A stretch of DNA of 64,000 nt from Spirulina sp. (GCA_044070495.1 JBIPSI010000028.1:9802-73801); one strand, 5' to 3'; positions 20,212-30,155 are shown, counted from the first letter of the stretch. A program made the numbers and translations. The notes: generated by a model from the letters alone, not told the origin.

Positions 20212-20335
20212 TTAGCTCAAAGTATCGGCTCTAATTGACCTCAACAGACAAGGCTTTTTCCTCAGATTTCCCAGCGTTCTTTCGCTACATTAAGTAAGGT
20301 GAACGGATAGTTGGACGGGGTAAGCGGTGGCGGCA

Positions 20336-21163
20336 ATGGCGGGCGGAGTGGCCAACTGGCAAGAGGTGGCGGGCAACTGGATTTTGATCCCCCCCCAACC
20401 GAGGGCCATGATTCATTTTCTGGGGGGAGCCTTCGTGTCGGCGGCCCCCAGCGTTACCTATCGCTGGCTGCTGGAAAACCTCGCGGCCCAGGGCTACCTA
20501 ATTGTGGCCACGCCCTTTATCAATACCTTTGACCACGAGGTGATCGCCGAGGAGGTGCTGATTACCTTTAGCCAAGCCCTGCGCTACCTAGATCAGCGGG
20601 TGGGCATTAACGACCCCTACTTGCCCGTCTATGGTCTAGGACACAGCATGGGCTGTAAGGTACATCTGCTGATTAACAGCCTGTGGGAGGTGGAACGGGC
20701 GGGTAACATTTACCTGAGCTTTAACAACTATCCGGCTAAGCGATCCATTCCCTTTTTGGAACAGGTGGTGCAGTTTAGCCCCGCCCTGGATGTAGAGTTT
20801 ACCCCCGGCCCGGAGGCCACCCTAGCCCTAGTGCGGGATCAGTATCCCGTGGCGCGGAATTTGCTGATTAAGTTCCGCAACGACACCCTCGACCAAACCC
20901 GCCCCCTGTCCGAGGTGCTGGTGCCGCGCTTTCCTCAGCAGACCATGGTGCAGATTCTCCAGGGCAGCCACACAACACCCATCGCCCAAGACATTGGCTG
21001 GCAGCCGGGGGAATCCTTCTCGCCCTTAGACGCCCTAGGCCAGTTTGTAAAGCAAGAGTTTTACCGGGATTTGAACCAACTGAAGCAAAGCCTGCTCACC
21101 TGGCTGGCCCAACCTACGACCGATCCCAACGCCATTCCCATCGCCCTACAGAAGAAGTCCTAG
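20336..21163 (+). CDS. DUF1350 family alpha/beta-hydrolase-like protein
   Basis: IHFLGGAF, GLGHSMGCK, HTTP motifs. Confidence 0.85.
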   Translation: MAGGVANWQEVAGNWILIPPQPRAMIHFLGGAFVSAAPSVTYRWLLENLAAQGYLIVATPFINTFDHEVIAEEVLITFSQALRYLDQRVGINDPYLPVYGLGHSMGCKVHLLINSLWEVERAGNIYLSFNNYPAKRSIPFLEQVVQFSPALDVEFTPGPEATLALVRDQYPVARNLLIKFRNDTLDQTRPLSEVLVPRFPQQTMVQILQGSHTTPIAQDIGWQPGESFSPLDALGQFVKQEFYRDLNQLKQSLLTWLAQPTTDPNAIPIALQKKS

Positions 21164-21219
21164 ACACAAGAAGTCCTAGAGTACTCCATGGAAATAACTA
21201 TCCACTTGTCATAACCATC

Positions 21220-21281
21220 CGCCCTCACCCCTGCCCCTCTCCCTCAGGGAGAGGGGTTCTGAATCCGGCTCCCCTTCTCCC
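21220..21281. repeat. CCCTCACCCC..CCCCTCTCCC/GGGAGAGGGG dispersed repeat, interrupted by the MITE
   Basis: Same family at 32725-32764, 54696-54736 and 56977-57014. Confidence 0.7.
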
Positions 21282-21288
21282 TATCAAC

Positions 21289-21453
21289 CTACTAAGTACA
21301 CATAAGTCCTTAACGTAGACGATACAGGGAATCGATCCCCCCTAGCCCCCCTTAAAAAGGGGGGAACCGGAGTCAAAGTCCCCCTTTTTAAGGGGGACTT
21401 AGGGGGATCTCCAAGGACTTGCGACATGAAAGCAAGATGTGTGTACTTAGTAG
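21289..21453. mobile_element. 165-bp MITE with 14-bp perfect TIRs and 10-bp target-site duplication
   Basis: CTACTAAGTACACA ... TGTGTACTTAGTAG flanked by CCCTATCAAC at 21279-21288 and 21454-21463. Confidence 0.9.
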
Positions 21454-21895
21454 CCCTATCAACCCAACGGCCCCTAGATAGCCCTAGGCCCTTGACTGGG
21501 CTACGGCATGGAAGATTAAGGCTAAATAAGTTTTCTTTAGGGATCCAAATACGGTGGTTGAGGCTGTGGCATAGTCAGCATTAGTCTTACCGTTTTGCTT
21601 TGCTATGGTAAGCATTTAGGAGAAAAACAGGTTATAGCCAGCTAAAACCTCGCCTTTGGGGCCTTAAGGATGGTTTTCGTCCTTAAGCTCTGTTTTTTGC
21701 TGGGAACTTGTCAGTTACCCTTGTCCTGATTGATGTTCGCCCGGTGAAGGTGGGAGGAAGGTGCGTTCCTGGATCTGTCCATCGGTACCCATAGATGGAC
21801 GGTAGTGGTTCTTTAACCGGTGTAATCCGTTTTGGGTGAGATCTGTTCTTTGAGATCTGTTCTTTGAAATCTGTTTTTAAGGAGGGATATTGACG

Positions 21896-23413
21896 ATGCA
21901 ATGGCTACGTTCTCACTGGGCTATGGTTCCTGCGATCCTGGGGCTGTCTGTGTTGGGGGCTGGGTTAATTCCTGAGGCTGCCGTTGCGGCACAGCCTAGG
22001 ATCGCTGAGACAGACCTCCCAGCCCCGACAGAACTGGCCCAGATAACCAGCGTTTCTGAGCTCACGGATGTATCCCCCTCAGACTGGGCCTTTCAGGCGC
22101 TACAAAGCCTGGTGGAAAACTATGGCTGCATCCAGGGCTATCCCGACCGCACCTTTCGAGGGTCGCGTGCCCTCACCCGTTACGAATTTGCCGCCGGACT
22201 GAATGCCTGTTTGGACGTGATGGCCGCCTTGATCGCCCAGGGAGGGGTTAGTCCCGACGATTTGGAGGCCATTCGGCGTTTGCAGGGAGAGTTTCAGACT
22301 GAACTCCTGAACCTGGGAAGACAGGTAGCGTTTCTGGAAGCGGAGGCGGCAACCCTGCGATCCCAGCAGTTTTCGACCACCACCAAGCTGCGGGGAGAGG
22401 CGAATATCCACGTAGGGGTTCCCTTCGATACCCTGCAAGCGGCTAATGCCACTGGGACGACGGTGGTTTTGGAGGACAGCACCAGTGTGGCGGGCAGAAT
22501 ACGGCTGACCTTCGACTCTAGCTTCAGCGGGGAGGATCGGCTGCGGATTCGATTCCAGTCGCGTAGTGGCACTTTTTTAACCCCCGTCAATGGTCTAAAC
22601 CGAGGGGGAGATAGCTATCCCGTCAGCGAAAACTTCAACGTTGAAATCGACAACCTCTACTACCGTTTTCCCCTAGGGCAGCGGGTGAATGTTACCGCCT
22701 CGGCGCGAGGCATGTCGGGGAGTGACTGGGTAACCAGCACCATTCTGCCCTACCACGGCCCATCGGTGGCAGAGGCCGGTCGGCCCCAGTTCTACCTGGC
22801 GGGCGGCAGTCCCAACAATGGGGCGGGGCTAGGGATGAACATCGCCTTTACCGACCACCTCATCCTTGACCTGGGCTATACCGCTGCTTACCCCGGAGCC
22901 GCTGACCCCGCCGTAGGGATCTTTGCCGCCGCCGGACAAAGCTACATGGCCCAGCTCAATTTCCTCACCGATGGGGTGTTTGATGGGGCCTTGGTCTACC
23001 TGCACAACGACCGTTCCAGCATCTTTACCGGCGGCGCGGCGGGGGCCGTCGATACCTACGCCGGATTGATGAGCCTCACCTTAGGCCAATTTTTCATCGC
23101 TGGCCATGGGGCTTTTCAGTCCTTCAACGGCGGCGACGACTTTAGCTGGACGGCGGGCCTAGGGGTCAACGATTGGCTAGTACAAGGCTCAAAACTGGGG
23201 CTATACGGCGGCCAACTGCCCCAAACCAACTTCCGAGGACTAGGCCGCACTAGCAATCCTGTGTTGATCGAGGGCTACTACGAAGTTCCCGTCAACCGGA
23301 ACCTCACCCTCACCCCCGCCCTGATCTATGGCGATGCCAACCTGGTGAACCCCACGGGCACCAACGACGACACCACCTTCTACGGAGCCTTACGGGCCAC
23401 CTTCCGCTTCTAG
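21896..23413 (+). CDS. SLH-domain cyanobacterial porin (iron-uptake/OprB-like)
   Basis: SVSELTDVSPSDWAFQALQSLVENYGCIQGYPD, QQFSTTTKLRGE, terminal LRATFRF; AAGGAGG RBS. Confidence 0.92.
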   Translation: MQWLRSHWAMVPAILGLSVLGAGLIPEAAVAAQPRIAETDLPAPTELAQITSVSELTDVSPSDWAFQALQSLVENYGCIQGYPDRTFRGSRALTRYEFAAGLNACLDVMAALIAQGGVSPDDLEAIRRLQGEFQTELLNLGRQVAFLEAEAATLRSQQFSTTTKLRGEANIHVGVPFDTLQAANATGTTVVLEDSTSVAGRIRLTFDSSFSGEDRLRIRFQSRSGTFLTPVNGLNRGGDSYPVSENFNVEIDNLYYRFPLGQRVNVTASARGMSGSDWVTSTILPYHGPSVAEAGRPQFYLAGGSPNNGAGLGMNIAFTDHLILDLGYTAAYPGAADPAVGIFAAAGQSYMAQLNFLTDGVFDGALVYLHNDRSSIFTGGAAGAVDTYAGLMSLTLGQFFIAGHGAFQSFNGGDDFSWTAGLGVNDWLVQGSKLGLYGGQLPQTNFRGLGRTSNPVLIEGYYEVPVNRNLTLTPALIYGDANLVNPTGTNDDTTFYGALRATFRF

Positions 23414-23627
23414 GCGATCCGCAGTCCGGCTGGGTTGCCCTGCTCCCAGGGCGAGGAGACCTCGCCCCTACGGTGTGCCAGGTGAAAATTCGGTGTTTTC
23501 TAAGTTGGATGGGGGATTCGCCAAAGGGTTAGACTGCCACTCACCCAAGACAATGGGCTGTCTCCTGTTGGCCCCCTGGCCTCCGTAGATGCCGTTTTGA
23601 CCGCCATAAACGTCTAAGCTAAAGGGA

Positions 23628-25319
23628 ATGAATAGCATTAACCGGCCTATGGATCGCCCTCTCCTCGCTTCCAAATTCCCCCTACGCTGGCCCGATGGCT
23701 GGACGGTGGCGGTGTCGTTGATTGCTCTGGTGATGGTGTCTCCGGTGCTAATCATTCTCGCCAGCGTGCTCACGGGCACCAGCGACGCCTGGGGGCACTT
23801 GGCCTCCACGGTGCTGCCGGAGTATATCCGCAATTCCCTGGTGCTGATGGTGGGGGTGGGGCTGGGGGTGTTGGTGATCGGCGTGGGCACGGCCTGGTTA
23901 GTAAGTGCCTGCCAGTTTCCGGGGCGGCGCGGGTTTGAGTGGCTGCTGCTGCTGCCCCTGGCGGCTCCGGCCTACATCCTGGCCTACGTCTATACCGACA
24001 CCCTGGAATACTTTGGCCCCGTGCAAACCTTTTGGCGCGGACTGTTTGGCTGGCAGGAGGCTAGTCAGTACTGGTTTCCCAACATTCGTTCCCTGCCGGG
24101 GGCGATTCTGCTGTTTAGCCTCACCCTCTATCCCTACGTCTATTTATTAGCGAAGGTGGCCTTTGCCGAGCAGTCCACCGCCACGTTGGAAGCCAGTCGT
24201 TCCCTGGGCTGTGGCCCCTGGCGTAGTTTTTGGCGGGTAGCCCTGCCCCTGGCCCGTCCGGCCATTGCGGCGGGGGTGGCCCTAGCCCTGATGGAAACCC
24301 TCAACGACTTTGGTACCGTCGCCTACTTCAGTGTGCCCACCTTTACCACGGGCATCTATCGCACCTGGTTTGGCATGGGAGATCGACCCGCCGCCGTGCA
24401 GCTTTCGGCGGTGCTGCTGCTGTTTATCTTCGCCCTGGTGTGGGTTGAACAACGTTCCCGCCGTCGATCTCGCTACTACCAAAGCCTGGCCGCTGCCGCT
24501 CCCTCTCGCTATGGCCTAACCGGAATCCGCACCCTGGGGGCTTGGCTGGCCTGCGGTATTCCGGTACTGCTGGGGTTGGTGGTGCCCGTGGGCCTGCTGC
24601 TGGCCATGACCCTCCGCCATGCCGATGCCACCCTCAACCAAAGCTTTCTCACCCTCAGCATCAACAGCCTGATTTTGGCGACCCTCACCGCTGTCATTGC
24701 CATGGCCCTGGCCCTAGTGATGGCCTACGGACTGCGGCTGAATGGCACCCCCTGGCTACGGCTAGGCGTACAAGGGGCCAACCTGGGCTATGCCGTCCCC
24801 GGTGCGGTGATTGCCGTCGGCACCCTGATTCCCCTAGCCCGGTTTGACAACGCCATCGATAGCTGGATGCGCCAGAACCTAGGTTTTTCCACGGGGCTGC
24901 TGCTCAGCGGTACCATCGTGGCGCTGATTTTGGCCTACCTGGTGCGCTTTCTGGCCGTATCCTTTGGGGCTGTAGAAGCCGGACTGACCAAAATCAAGCC
25001 CTCCCTAGACGATGCCGCCCGCAGCCTGGGCCAAAGCCCCCGCCAAACCCTCACCCAAATCCATCTGCCCCTGCTCAGCAGCAGTCTGCTAACGGCGATC
25101 ATGCTGGTGTTTGTGGATGTGATGAAGGAACTGCCCGCCACCCTGATTATCCGCCCCTTCAACTTCGATACCCTGGCGGTGCGGGTCTACCAATACGCCG
25201 CCGATGAACGCCTGGTGGAAGCCTCCGCCCCAGCTTTGGCGATCATTCTCGTGGGACTGCTGCCCGTCTTTTGGCTCAGCCGCCGCATCGCCCAGGAGAA
25301 TAGCCGCCCTAGCCCATAA
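23628..25319 (+). CDS. futB: Fe3+ ABC transporter permease
   Basis: Two EAA-type loops, METLNDFGTV, VDVMKELPATLIIRPFNFDTLA. Confidence 0.88.
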   Translation: MNSINRPMDRPLLASKFPLRWPDGWTVAVSLIALVMVSPVLIILASVLTGTSDAWGHLASTVLPEYIRNSLVLMVGVGLGVLVIGVGTAWLVSACQFPGRRGFEWLLLLPLAAPAYILAYVYTDTLEYFGPVQTFWRGLFGWQEASQYWFPNIRSLPGAILLFSLTLYPYVYLLAKVAFAEQSTATLEASRSLGCGPWRSFWRVALPLARPAIAAGVALALMETLNDFGTVAYFSVPTFTTGIYRTWFGMGDRPAAVQLSAVLLLFIFALVWVEQRSRRRSRYYQSLAAAAPSRYGLTGIRTLGAWLACGIPVLLGLVVPVGLLLAMTLRHADATLNQSFLTLSINSLILATLTAVIAMALALVMAYGLRLNGTPWLRLGVQGANLGYAVPGAVIAVGTLIPLARFDNAIDSWMRQNLGFSTGLLLSGTIVALILAYLVRFLAVSFGAVEAGLTKIKPSLDDAARSLGQSPRQTLTQIHLPLLSSSLLTAIMLVFVDVMKELPATLIIRPFNFDTLAVRVYQYAADERLVEASAPALAIILVGLLPVFWLSRRIAQENSRPSP

Positions 25320-25323
25320 CGCT

Positions 25324-25710
25324 TTACCGAATCCCTTCCAGCCGAGATCGCACGGTCAGAATTTCGTCTGGGCGCAACGGGGCCATCCATGAAATGTAGT
25401 CCGTGAGTCCCCAGTCCTTGTCAGGGCGGGATTGATAGAGATCTAGAGCCGTCATCAGTAAAGCCGTATCAACACTGACGACCTGGATGTTGCTGGTACG
25501 GTAGCACCGCTGAATGAACTCGGTGGCACCCCGACGATTAACGGCACTGAGGGCATTACCAACCTCTACCAAAACAGCCTCCGTGAGCCAGACTTCCGAC
25601 GCAGAACGGACACGGGGAAACAGTTGTTTGGCCTGCTGATGGTAGTGGTCGCGAGGGTTGAGGAGAGCTTGAATAAAGGCCGTATCCAGGAATAGACGTT
25701 CACGGCTCAT
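25324..25710 (-). pseudogene. VapC-type PIN toxin, C-terminally replaced and probably inactive
   Basis: LFLDTAF, VLVEVGNAL, DKDWGLTD present; expected ALT.D.HF..AGF tail missing. Confidence 0.6.
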
Positions 25711-25943
25711 GGTTCAGGCTGATGCTTGGGAGTGCCATAGAGATAATGATCATGCTCGGCTGACCAATCGGGGGGCGCTTCGATAGTTCCAGTCAGGGAG
25801 TCCAGCACATCCCAGGCATCACCAGAGGGTTCTGCTTGGTATTTTTGGCGCAGGGCTTCAACGAATTGCAAGACTTTTTGCTGTAGGTCTGCGGGCAACT
25901 CGGCCATCTCTTCGAGAACTTTAGCCGTAATTGAGTTACTCAT
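25707..25943 (-). CDS. Putative antitoxin
   Basis: 78 aa, LPADLQQKVLQFVEAL...DWSAEHDHYLYG; ATGA overlap with the PIN gene. Confidence 0.75.
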   Translation of the reverse strand: MSNSITAKVLEEMAELPADLQQKVLQFVEALRQKYQAEPSGDAWDVLDSLTGTIEAPPDWSAEHDHYLYGTPKHQPEP

Positions 25944-26127
25944 ACTGTCACCAATCGAGGGTTAGGTTACGCATGACCTGCCTAATCTCAGTCTATTGTG
26001 GCAGATGTGCCCTAGATCTGAACCTCCCGCTATCGTCCTAGGGTTGACTCGGTCAATGTCAAAATTGGTATAAATCAATCAATGGCCTAGCCTTGCTCCT
26101 CATTGTTATCCCAAAACCTACCCTGGC

Positions 26128-26430
26128 ATGGACAGTAGCGAAATCAGCCTAGTCGAAGTTTTACAGCGGCTACAGCATCACCAAGCCGATCTACAAACGC
26201 GCTATGCCATAACCCGCATGGGCATTTTTGGCTCGGTTGCCCGTGGCGAGGCGACCCCTAATAGCGACATCGACATCGTAGTTCACATGAAACCCGACCT
26301 GCTCCAGCGCGTGCGCCTCAAGGCTGAACTAGAAACCCTATTAGGTCGATCCGTGGATGTGATCCGCTACCGCCCCACCATGAATCCCTACCTCAAAGCC
26401 CGGATTGATCAAGAGGCTCGGTATGTATAA
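26128..26430 (+). CDS. Minimal nucleotidyltransferase (MNT/MntA-like antitoxin)
   Basis: GIFGSVARGEATPNSDIDIVV motif, 100 aa. Confidence 0.9.
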   Translation: MDSSEISLVEVLQRLQHHQADLQTRYAITRMGIFGSVARGEATPNSDIDIVVHMKPDLLQRVRLKAELETLLGRSVDVIRYRPTMNPYLKARIDQEARYV

Positions 26431-26455
26431 CCGTTCGCTTGTAGCCGTGATCTAG
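26423..26455 (+). pseudogene. Probable remnant of HEPN (DUF86) toxin start
   Basis: ATG overlapping the MNT 3' end reads MYNRSLVAVI* then stops. Confidence 0.4.
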
Positions 26456-26565
26456 GCCATCTAAAGCAGGCGATCTCTCAACTTAGAAAAAATATTTTCA
26501 GCTAGCCTGAGAAACCTGGTTTCTGGCCACCGCTAGGGATCTGGGCTGGGCTACCCCAAGAGCCC

Positions 26566-26605
26566 AATTTTGAACTTTGAATTCTGAATTTTGAATTTTG
26601 AATTC
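26566..26605. repeat. Heptamer tandem repeat (TTTTGAA-like, about 5 copies)
   Basis: aattttgaactttgaattctgaattttgaattttgaattc. Confidence 0.8.
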
Positions 26606-26614
26606 TCTCCCGCC

Positions 26615-29600
26615 CTACCGCCAAGCCGACCGCTCACAGGTGCGCCGCGCCGCCCGCGCCGTTTCATCGGTCTTGCTGTTGACGACAAGATAGCTCCGAA
26701 TTCGGTTACAGGTATAGGTCACCCAGCCCTGCTCTGCCAGCCACAATGGCCACAGCCGCACTGTGCCATCGTAGCTCCCACTGACGATGGTCTGCCCATC
26801 GCTGCTAACCCCTACCGAGCTGACCCCATCCTGATGGCCGACAAAAGGTTCTCCGATAGGCTGACCTGAGCGATCCCAAAGGCGCACTGTGTTATCGATC
26901 CCCCCACTGACGATGGTCTGCCCATCGCTGCTAACCCCTACCGAACTAACCTCATCCTGGTGGCCGACAAAAGGTTCTCCAATGGGCTGACCTGAGCGAT
27001 CCCACAGTCGCACTGTGTTATCGATGCCCCCACTGACGATGGTCTGCCCATCGCTGCTAACCCCTACCGAACTGACCTCATCCTGATGGCCGACAAAAGG
27101 TTCTCCGATGGGCTGACCTGAGCGATCCCACAGTCGCACTGTGCCATCGTAGCTACCACTGACGATGGTCTGTCCATCGCTGCTAACCCCTACCGAACTG
27201 ACCTCGTTCTGATGGCCGACAAAAGGTTCTCCGATGGGCTGACCTGCCCGATCCCACAGTCGCACTGTGTTATCGATGCCCCCACTGACGATGGTCTGTC
27301 CATCAGCGCTAAGTCCTACCGACAAGACCATATCTTGATGACCGAAGGGTTTCCTGAGGGGCTGGCCCGTCCGGTTCCACAGTCGCACCGTACCATCGTT
27401 ACTCCCACTGACAATGGTCCGTCCATCCGGGCTAAACCCCACCGACAAGACCATACCTTGATGGCCGAGCAAGGGCTCCCCAACAGGCTGGCCGGATCGA
27501 TCCCAAAGGCGCACCGTGCCATCCCCTCCCCCACTGACGATGATCTGCCCATCGGAGCTAAATCCCACCGATAAGACCCCATTCTGATTGGTAGAAAAAG
27601 GTTCTCCGATGGGCTGGCCCGCCCGGTTCCAAAGCCGCACTGTGCCATTGATGTCCCCACTAACAATGGTCTGCCCATCCGGGCTAAACCCTACCGAGAC
27701 CTCATTCTGATGACCAACGAAGGGTTCTCCGATGGGCTGGCCGGATCGATCCCACAGTCGCACGGTGCCATTGATGTCCCCACTAACAATGGTCTGTCCA
27801 TCTGGGCTAAACTCCACCGAATTGACCCCATCCTGATGGCCGACAAAGGGTTCTCCGATGGGCTGGCCTGCCCGGTTCCAAAGTCGCACTGTGTTATCGA
27901 TGCCCCCACTGACGATGGTCTGTCCATCCGGGCTAAACCCTACCGAAAAGACCGCACTCTGATGACCGAAGGGTTCTCCGATGGGCTGACCGGATCGATC
28001 CCACAGTCGGACTGTGCCATCCCTGCCCCCACTGACGATGGTCTGGCCATCGACACTAAACTTTACCGAATCGACCCTATCCTGATGGCCAACGAAGGGT
28101 TCTCCGATGGGCTGACCGAACCGATCCCACAGTCGGACTGTGCCATCCCTGCCCCCACTGACGATGGTCTGGCCATCGACGCTAAATTCCACCGACAAAA
28201 CTCCACTTTGATGGCTTCCAGCTACCTGGGCGAATTGAGCATAGCGATTGCCCAAATCTAGAATGTCGGCAGATACTAGTCCCTCTCCTCCGAGGCGAGG
28301 CAGCTTGACCAGGGGGTTCTGTCCCAGGCTGATCGCCGCTAGCCCATTCACCATACTGCGCAGGGGGTCACTCTCGGCTCGGTTTCGAGCCTCGGCGGCG
28401 TAGATTTCGACTTGCCGCCGCTCGGCCCGCCACACCTGGTATCCGGCAAATCCTGTGAGAGTGGTAGTCACTACCAGGCCGGCTGCTAAAGATGTCCTTA
28501 TCCGTTTCTCCCTTTGGCGCTCTCGCTGTGCAGTTTCTCGCTCTCGCAGTGCAGTTTCTCGCTCTCGCTCTCGCTCTTGCTGTTCCGCTTGGTCAGCGGC
28601 ACGGAAAAAGTCTATATCCAGGGCCGTCATATCGGCCTGGTGTTGTTCAGCAAAGGTGCGGAGGAGATCCAGGTTTGGCGATCGCCATAGAGAACCAGTG
28701 GGTCGGCCTTGGTGATCCCAATCTCGGGCGGCGGCCTCTATGCGGCGGTGGAAGCGGATATCATCCTGACTGTTTTCTAGCCAATCGCTGAGTTGTCGCC
28801 AATGGCCGAATAGAGCTTCGTGGGTAATCTCCGCCACATCGTAATCCCCCTGGTTAGCGAGGGTGATTAGCCTAGCACCGGAGGCAGAAAACTTGGACAG
28901 AACTTTCTTCACCGTTTCTGGACTATCTTGGCTAGCGATCAGGCTTTTCACCGGGGCGCGGCGGCGGGTGTCGCGGGTGCCGTCTCCTTCTCTTGGTTGC
29001 ACTAGGCCCAGAAAAATGCGGCGGGCCGTCTCCTGCTCTGCGGGGCTGAGGTAGTCGTAGATCTCCTGGGCCTTTCCGGCTAGGGCACCGCCCACACCCC
29101 CCATCTGGCGATAGGTCTCCGCCGGGGTCACCCCCTGGGCCAGCCCCTCCCAAATGCGGCTGAGGGCAAACTGAAGCAGCGGCAACGCCCCCTCTCGGCC
29201 CTCGGTATCCGTCACCAACAAATCCACCGTGGCCTCATCCAGGGGATGTCCGGCCCATTTGGCGGGTTCGGCAATGGCGCGGCGCAGTTCCTCCGTGGTC
29301 ATGGCGGGCACAATCACGCTTTGGTCAGACCCGATGATTTGGTTCAGCCCTGGGTGGCGCTGGGTTTCGCCCAAAAAGTCGCTGCGTAGAGTAATCACTA
29401 CCGAAACCTGGGCACTGGGGTCTTGGGCAGCGATGAGCAGGTTGTTGATGAAGGCTTGGCGTTCCCCCGCCTCTTTACAGAGGGAATAGACCTCCTCGAA
29501 CTGGTCTACCAGCACCACCAGCGGGGCATCCTGGATTTGAGGAATCAGGCTGGCGATGCGGCGCAGGCCGTCGTAGGTGCCCTCTGGGGTGGCGATGCCT

Positions 29601-30130
29601 AGCTCCGTGGCAAATTCCCGCGTTTTGGTGACGGGCATGGGGTCTTGGGTCGCCGTTTTGGCCAACACCCCCGCCAGCGCCTCTAGGGGATGGCTACCGG
29701 GCACCAGCACCGCCACCCGCATCTGGGCCTTCCCCAACAGGGGCCGCTGGGCCAAGGCCGGAATCAACCCCGCCCTCGCCAAGGAAGACTTGCCAGAACC
29801 CGACGGCCCCAAAATCGGCAACAACCGGGGCACCGCCGACGGCTCCACCAGCCGTTGAAACCGTTCCCAGAGCCGTTCCACCTGGGCTTCGCGGCCAAAG
29901 TAGCGGTCGCCATCCTGCTCGGTAAAGGCGGCTAGCCCCTTGTAGGGGTTGGGGCCAAGCTGGGCGGGGGTATCGGTGAGGGCTTCCGGATGCGGCTGGG
30001 TGGTTTGGTGAATCACATAGATCGTGTTGCCATCGCCGGAAACAATGGCACTGCCCACCGCACTCTCTTGAATATGAATGCCGCGATTATCGCCCCCAAG
30101 GCTCTGATGGTTGCCCGATGCCATGTGCAT
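26615..30130 (-). CDS. STAND (nSTAND1-like) NTPase with 12 near-identical WD40 repeats (bacterial NLR-like)
   Basis: NPYKGL..F, YFGRE, GPSGSGKSSL, LVDQFEE, LRSDF, LPLLQFAL, EITHEAL; GHQ..V.SV..S.DGQTIVSG..D.TVRLWD repeats. Confidence 0.92.
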   Translation of the reverse strand: MHMASGNHQSLGGDNRGIHIQESAVGSAIVSGDGNTIYVIHQTTQPHPEALTDTPAQLGPNPYKGLAAFTEQDGDRYFGREAQVERLWERFQRLVEPSAVPRLLPILGPSGSGKSSLARAGLIPALAQRPLLGKAQMRVAVLVPGSHPLEALAGVLAKTATQDPMPVTKTREFATELGIATPEGTYDGLRRIASLIPQIQDAPLVVLVDQFEEVYSLCKEAGERQAFINNLLIAAQDPSAQVSVVITLRSDFLGETQRHPGLNQIIGSDQSVIVPAMTTEELRRAIAEPAKWAGHPLDEATVDLLVTDTEGREGALPLLQFALSRIWEGLAQGVTPAETYRQMGGVGGALAGKAQEIYDYLSPAEQETARRIFLGLVQPREGDGTRDTRRRAPVKSLIASQDSPETVKKVLSKFSASGARLITLANQGDYDVAEITHEALFGHWRQLSDWLENSQDDIRFHRRIEAAARDWDHQGRPTGSLWRSPNLDLLRTFAEQHQADMTALDIDFFRAADQAEQQERERERETALRERETAQRERQREKRIRTSLAAGLVVTTTLTGFAGYQVWRAERRQVEIYAAEARNRAESDPLRSMVNGLAAISLGQNPLVKLPRLGGEGLVSADILDLGNRYAQFAQVAGSHQSGVLSVEFSVDGQTIVSGGRDGTVRLWDRFGQPIGEPFVGHQDRVDSVKFSVDGQTIVSGGRDGTVRLWDRSGQPIGEPFGHQSAVFSVGFSPDGQTIVSGGIDNTVRLWNRAGQPIGEPFVGHQDGVNSVEFSPDGQTIVSGDINGTVRLWDRSGQPIGEPFVGHQNEVSVGFSPDGQTIVSGDINGTVRLWNRAGQPIGEPFSTNQNGVLSVGFSSDGQIIVSGGGDGTVRLWDRSGQPVGEPLLGHQGMVLSVGFSPDGRTIVSGSNDGTVRLWNRTGQPLRKPFGHQDMVLSVGLSADGQTIVSGGIDNTVRLWDRAGQPIGEPFVGHQNEVSSVGVSSDGQTIVSGSYDGTVRLWDRSGQPIGEPFVGHQDEVSSVGVSSDGQTIVSGGIDNTVRLWDRSGQPIGEPFVGHQDEVSSVGVSSDGQTIVSGGIDNTVRLWDRSGQPIGEPFVGHQDGVSSVGVSSDGQTIVSGSYDGTVRLWPLWLAEQGWVTYTCNRIRSYLVVNSKTDETARAARRTCERSAWR

Positions 30131-30155
30131 ACTCCCGAGTGCCTAAAAATAATGG

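Noticed and set aside
21152..21180. AAGAAGTCCTAGA duplicated at the DUF1350 stop as an att site
   Set aside because: The copies are only 3 bp apart; simple local slippage duplication.
21690..21830. Cobalamin or other riboswitch upstream of the porin
   Set aside because: Only a single GTCCATC/GATGGAC hairpin; conserved B12-box elements not found.
26740..28220. Periodic ~126-bp repeats as a CRISPR array or DGR template
   Set aside because: They are in-frame WD40 units with no unique spacers and no cas or reverse transcriptase gene in the window.
28515..28580. 21-bp and 6-bp repeats in the STAND gene as a separate element
   Set aside because: They encode an in-frame charged coiled-coil linker (ERETALRERETAQR).
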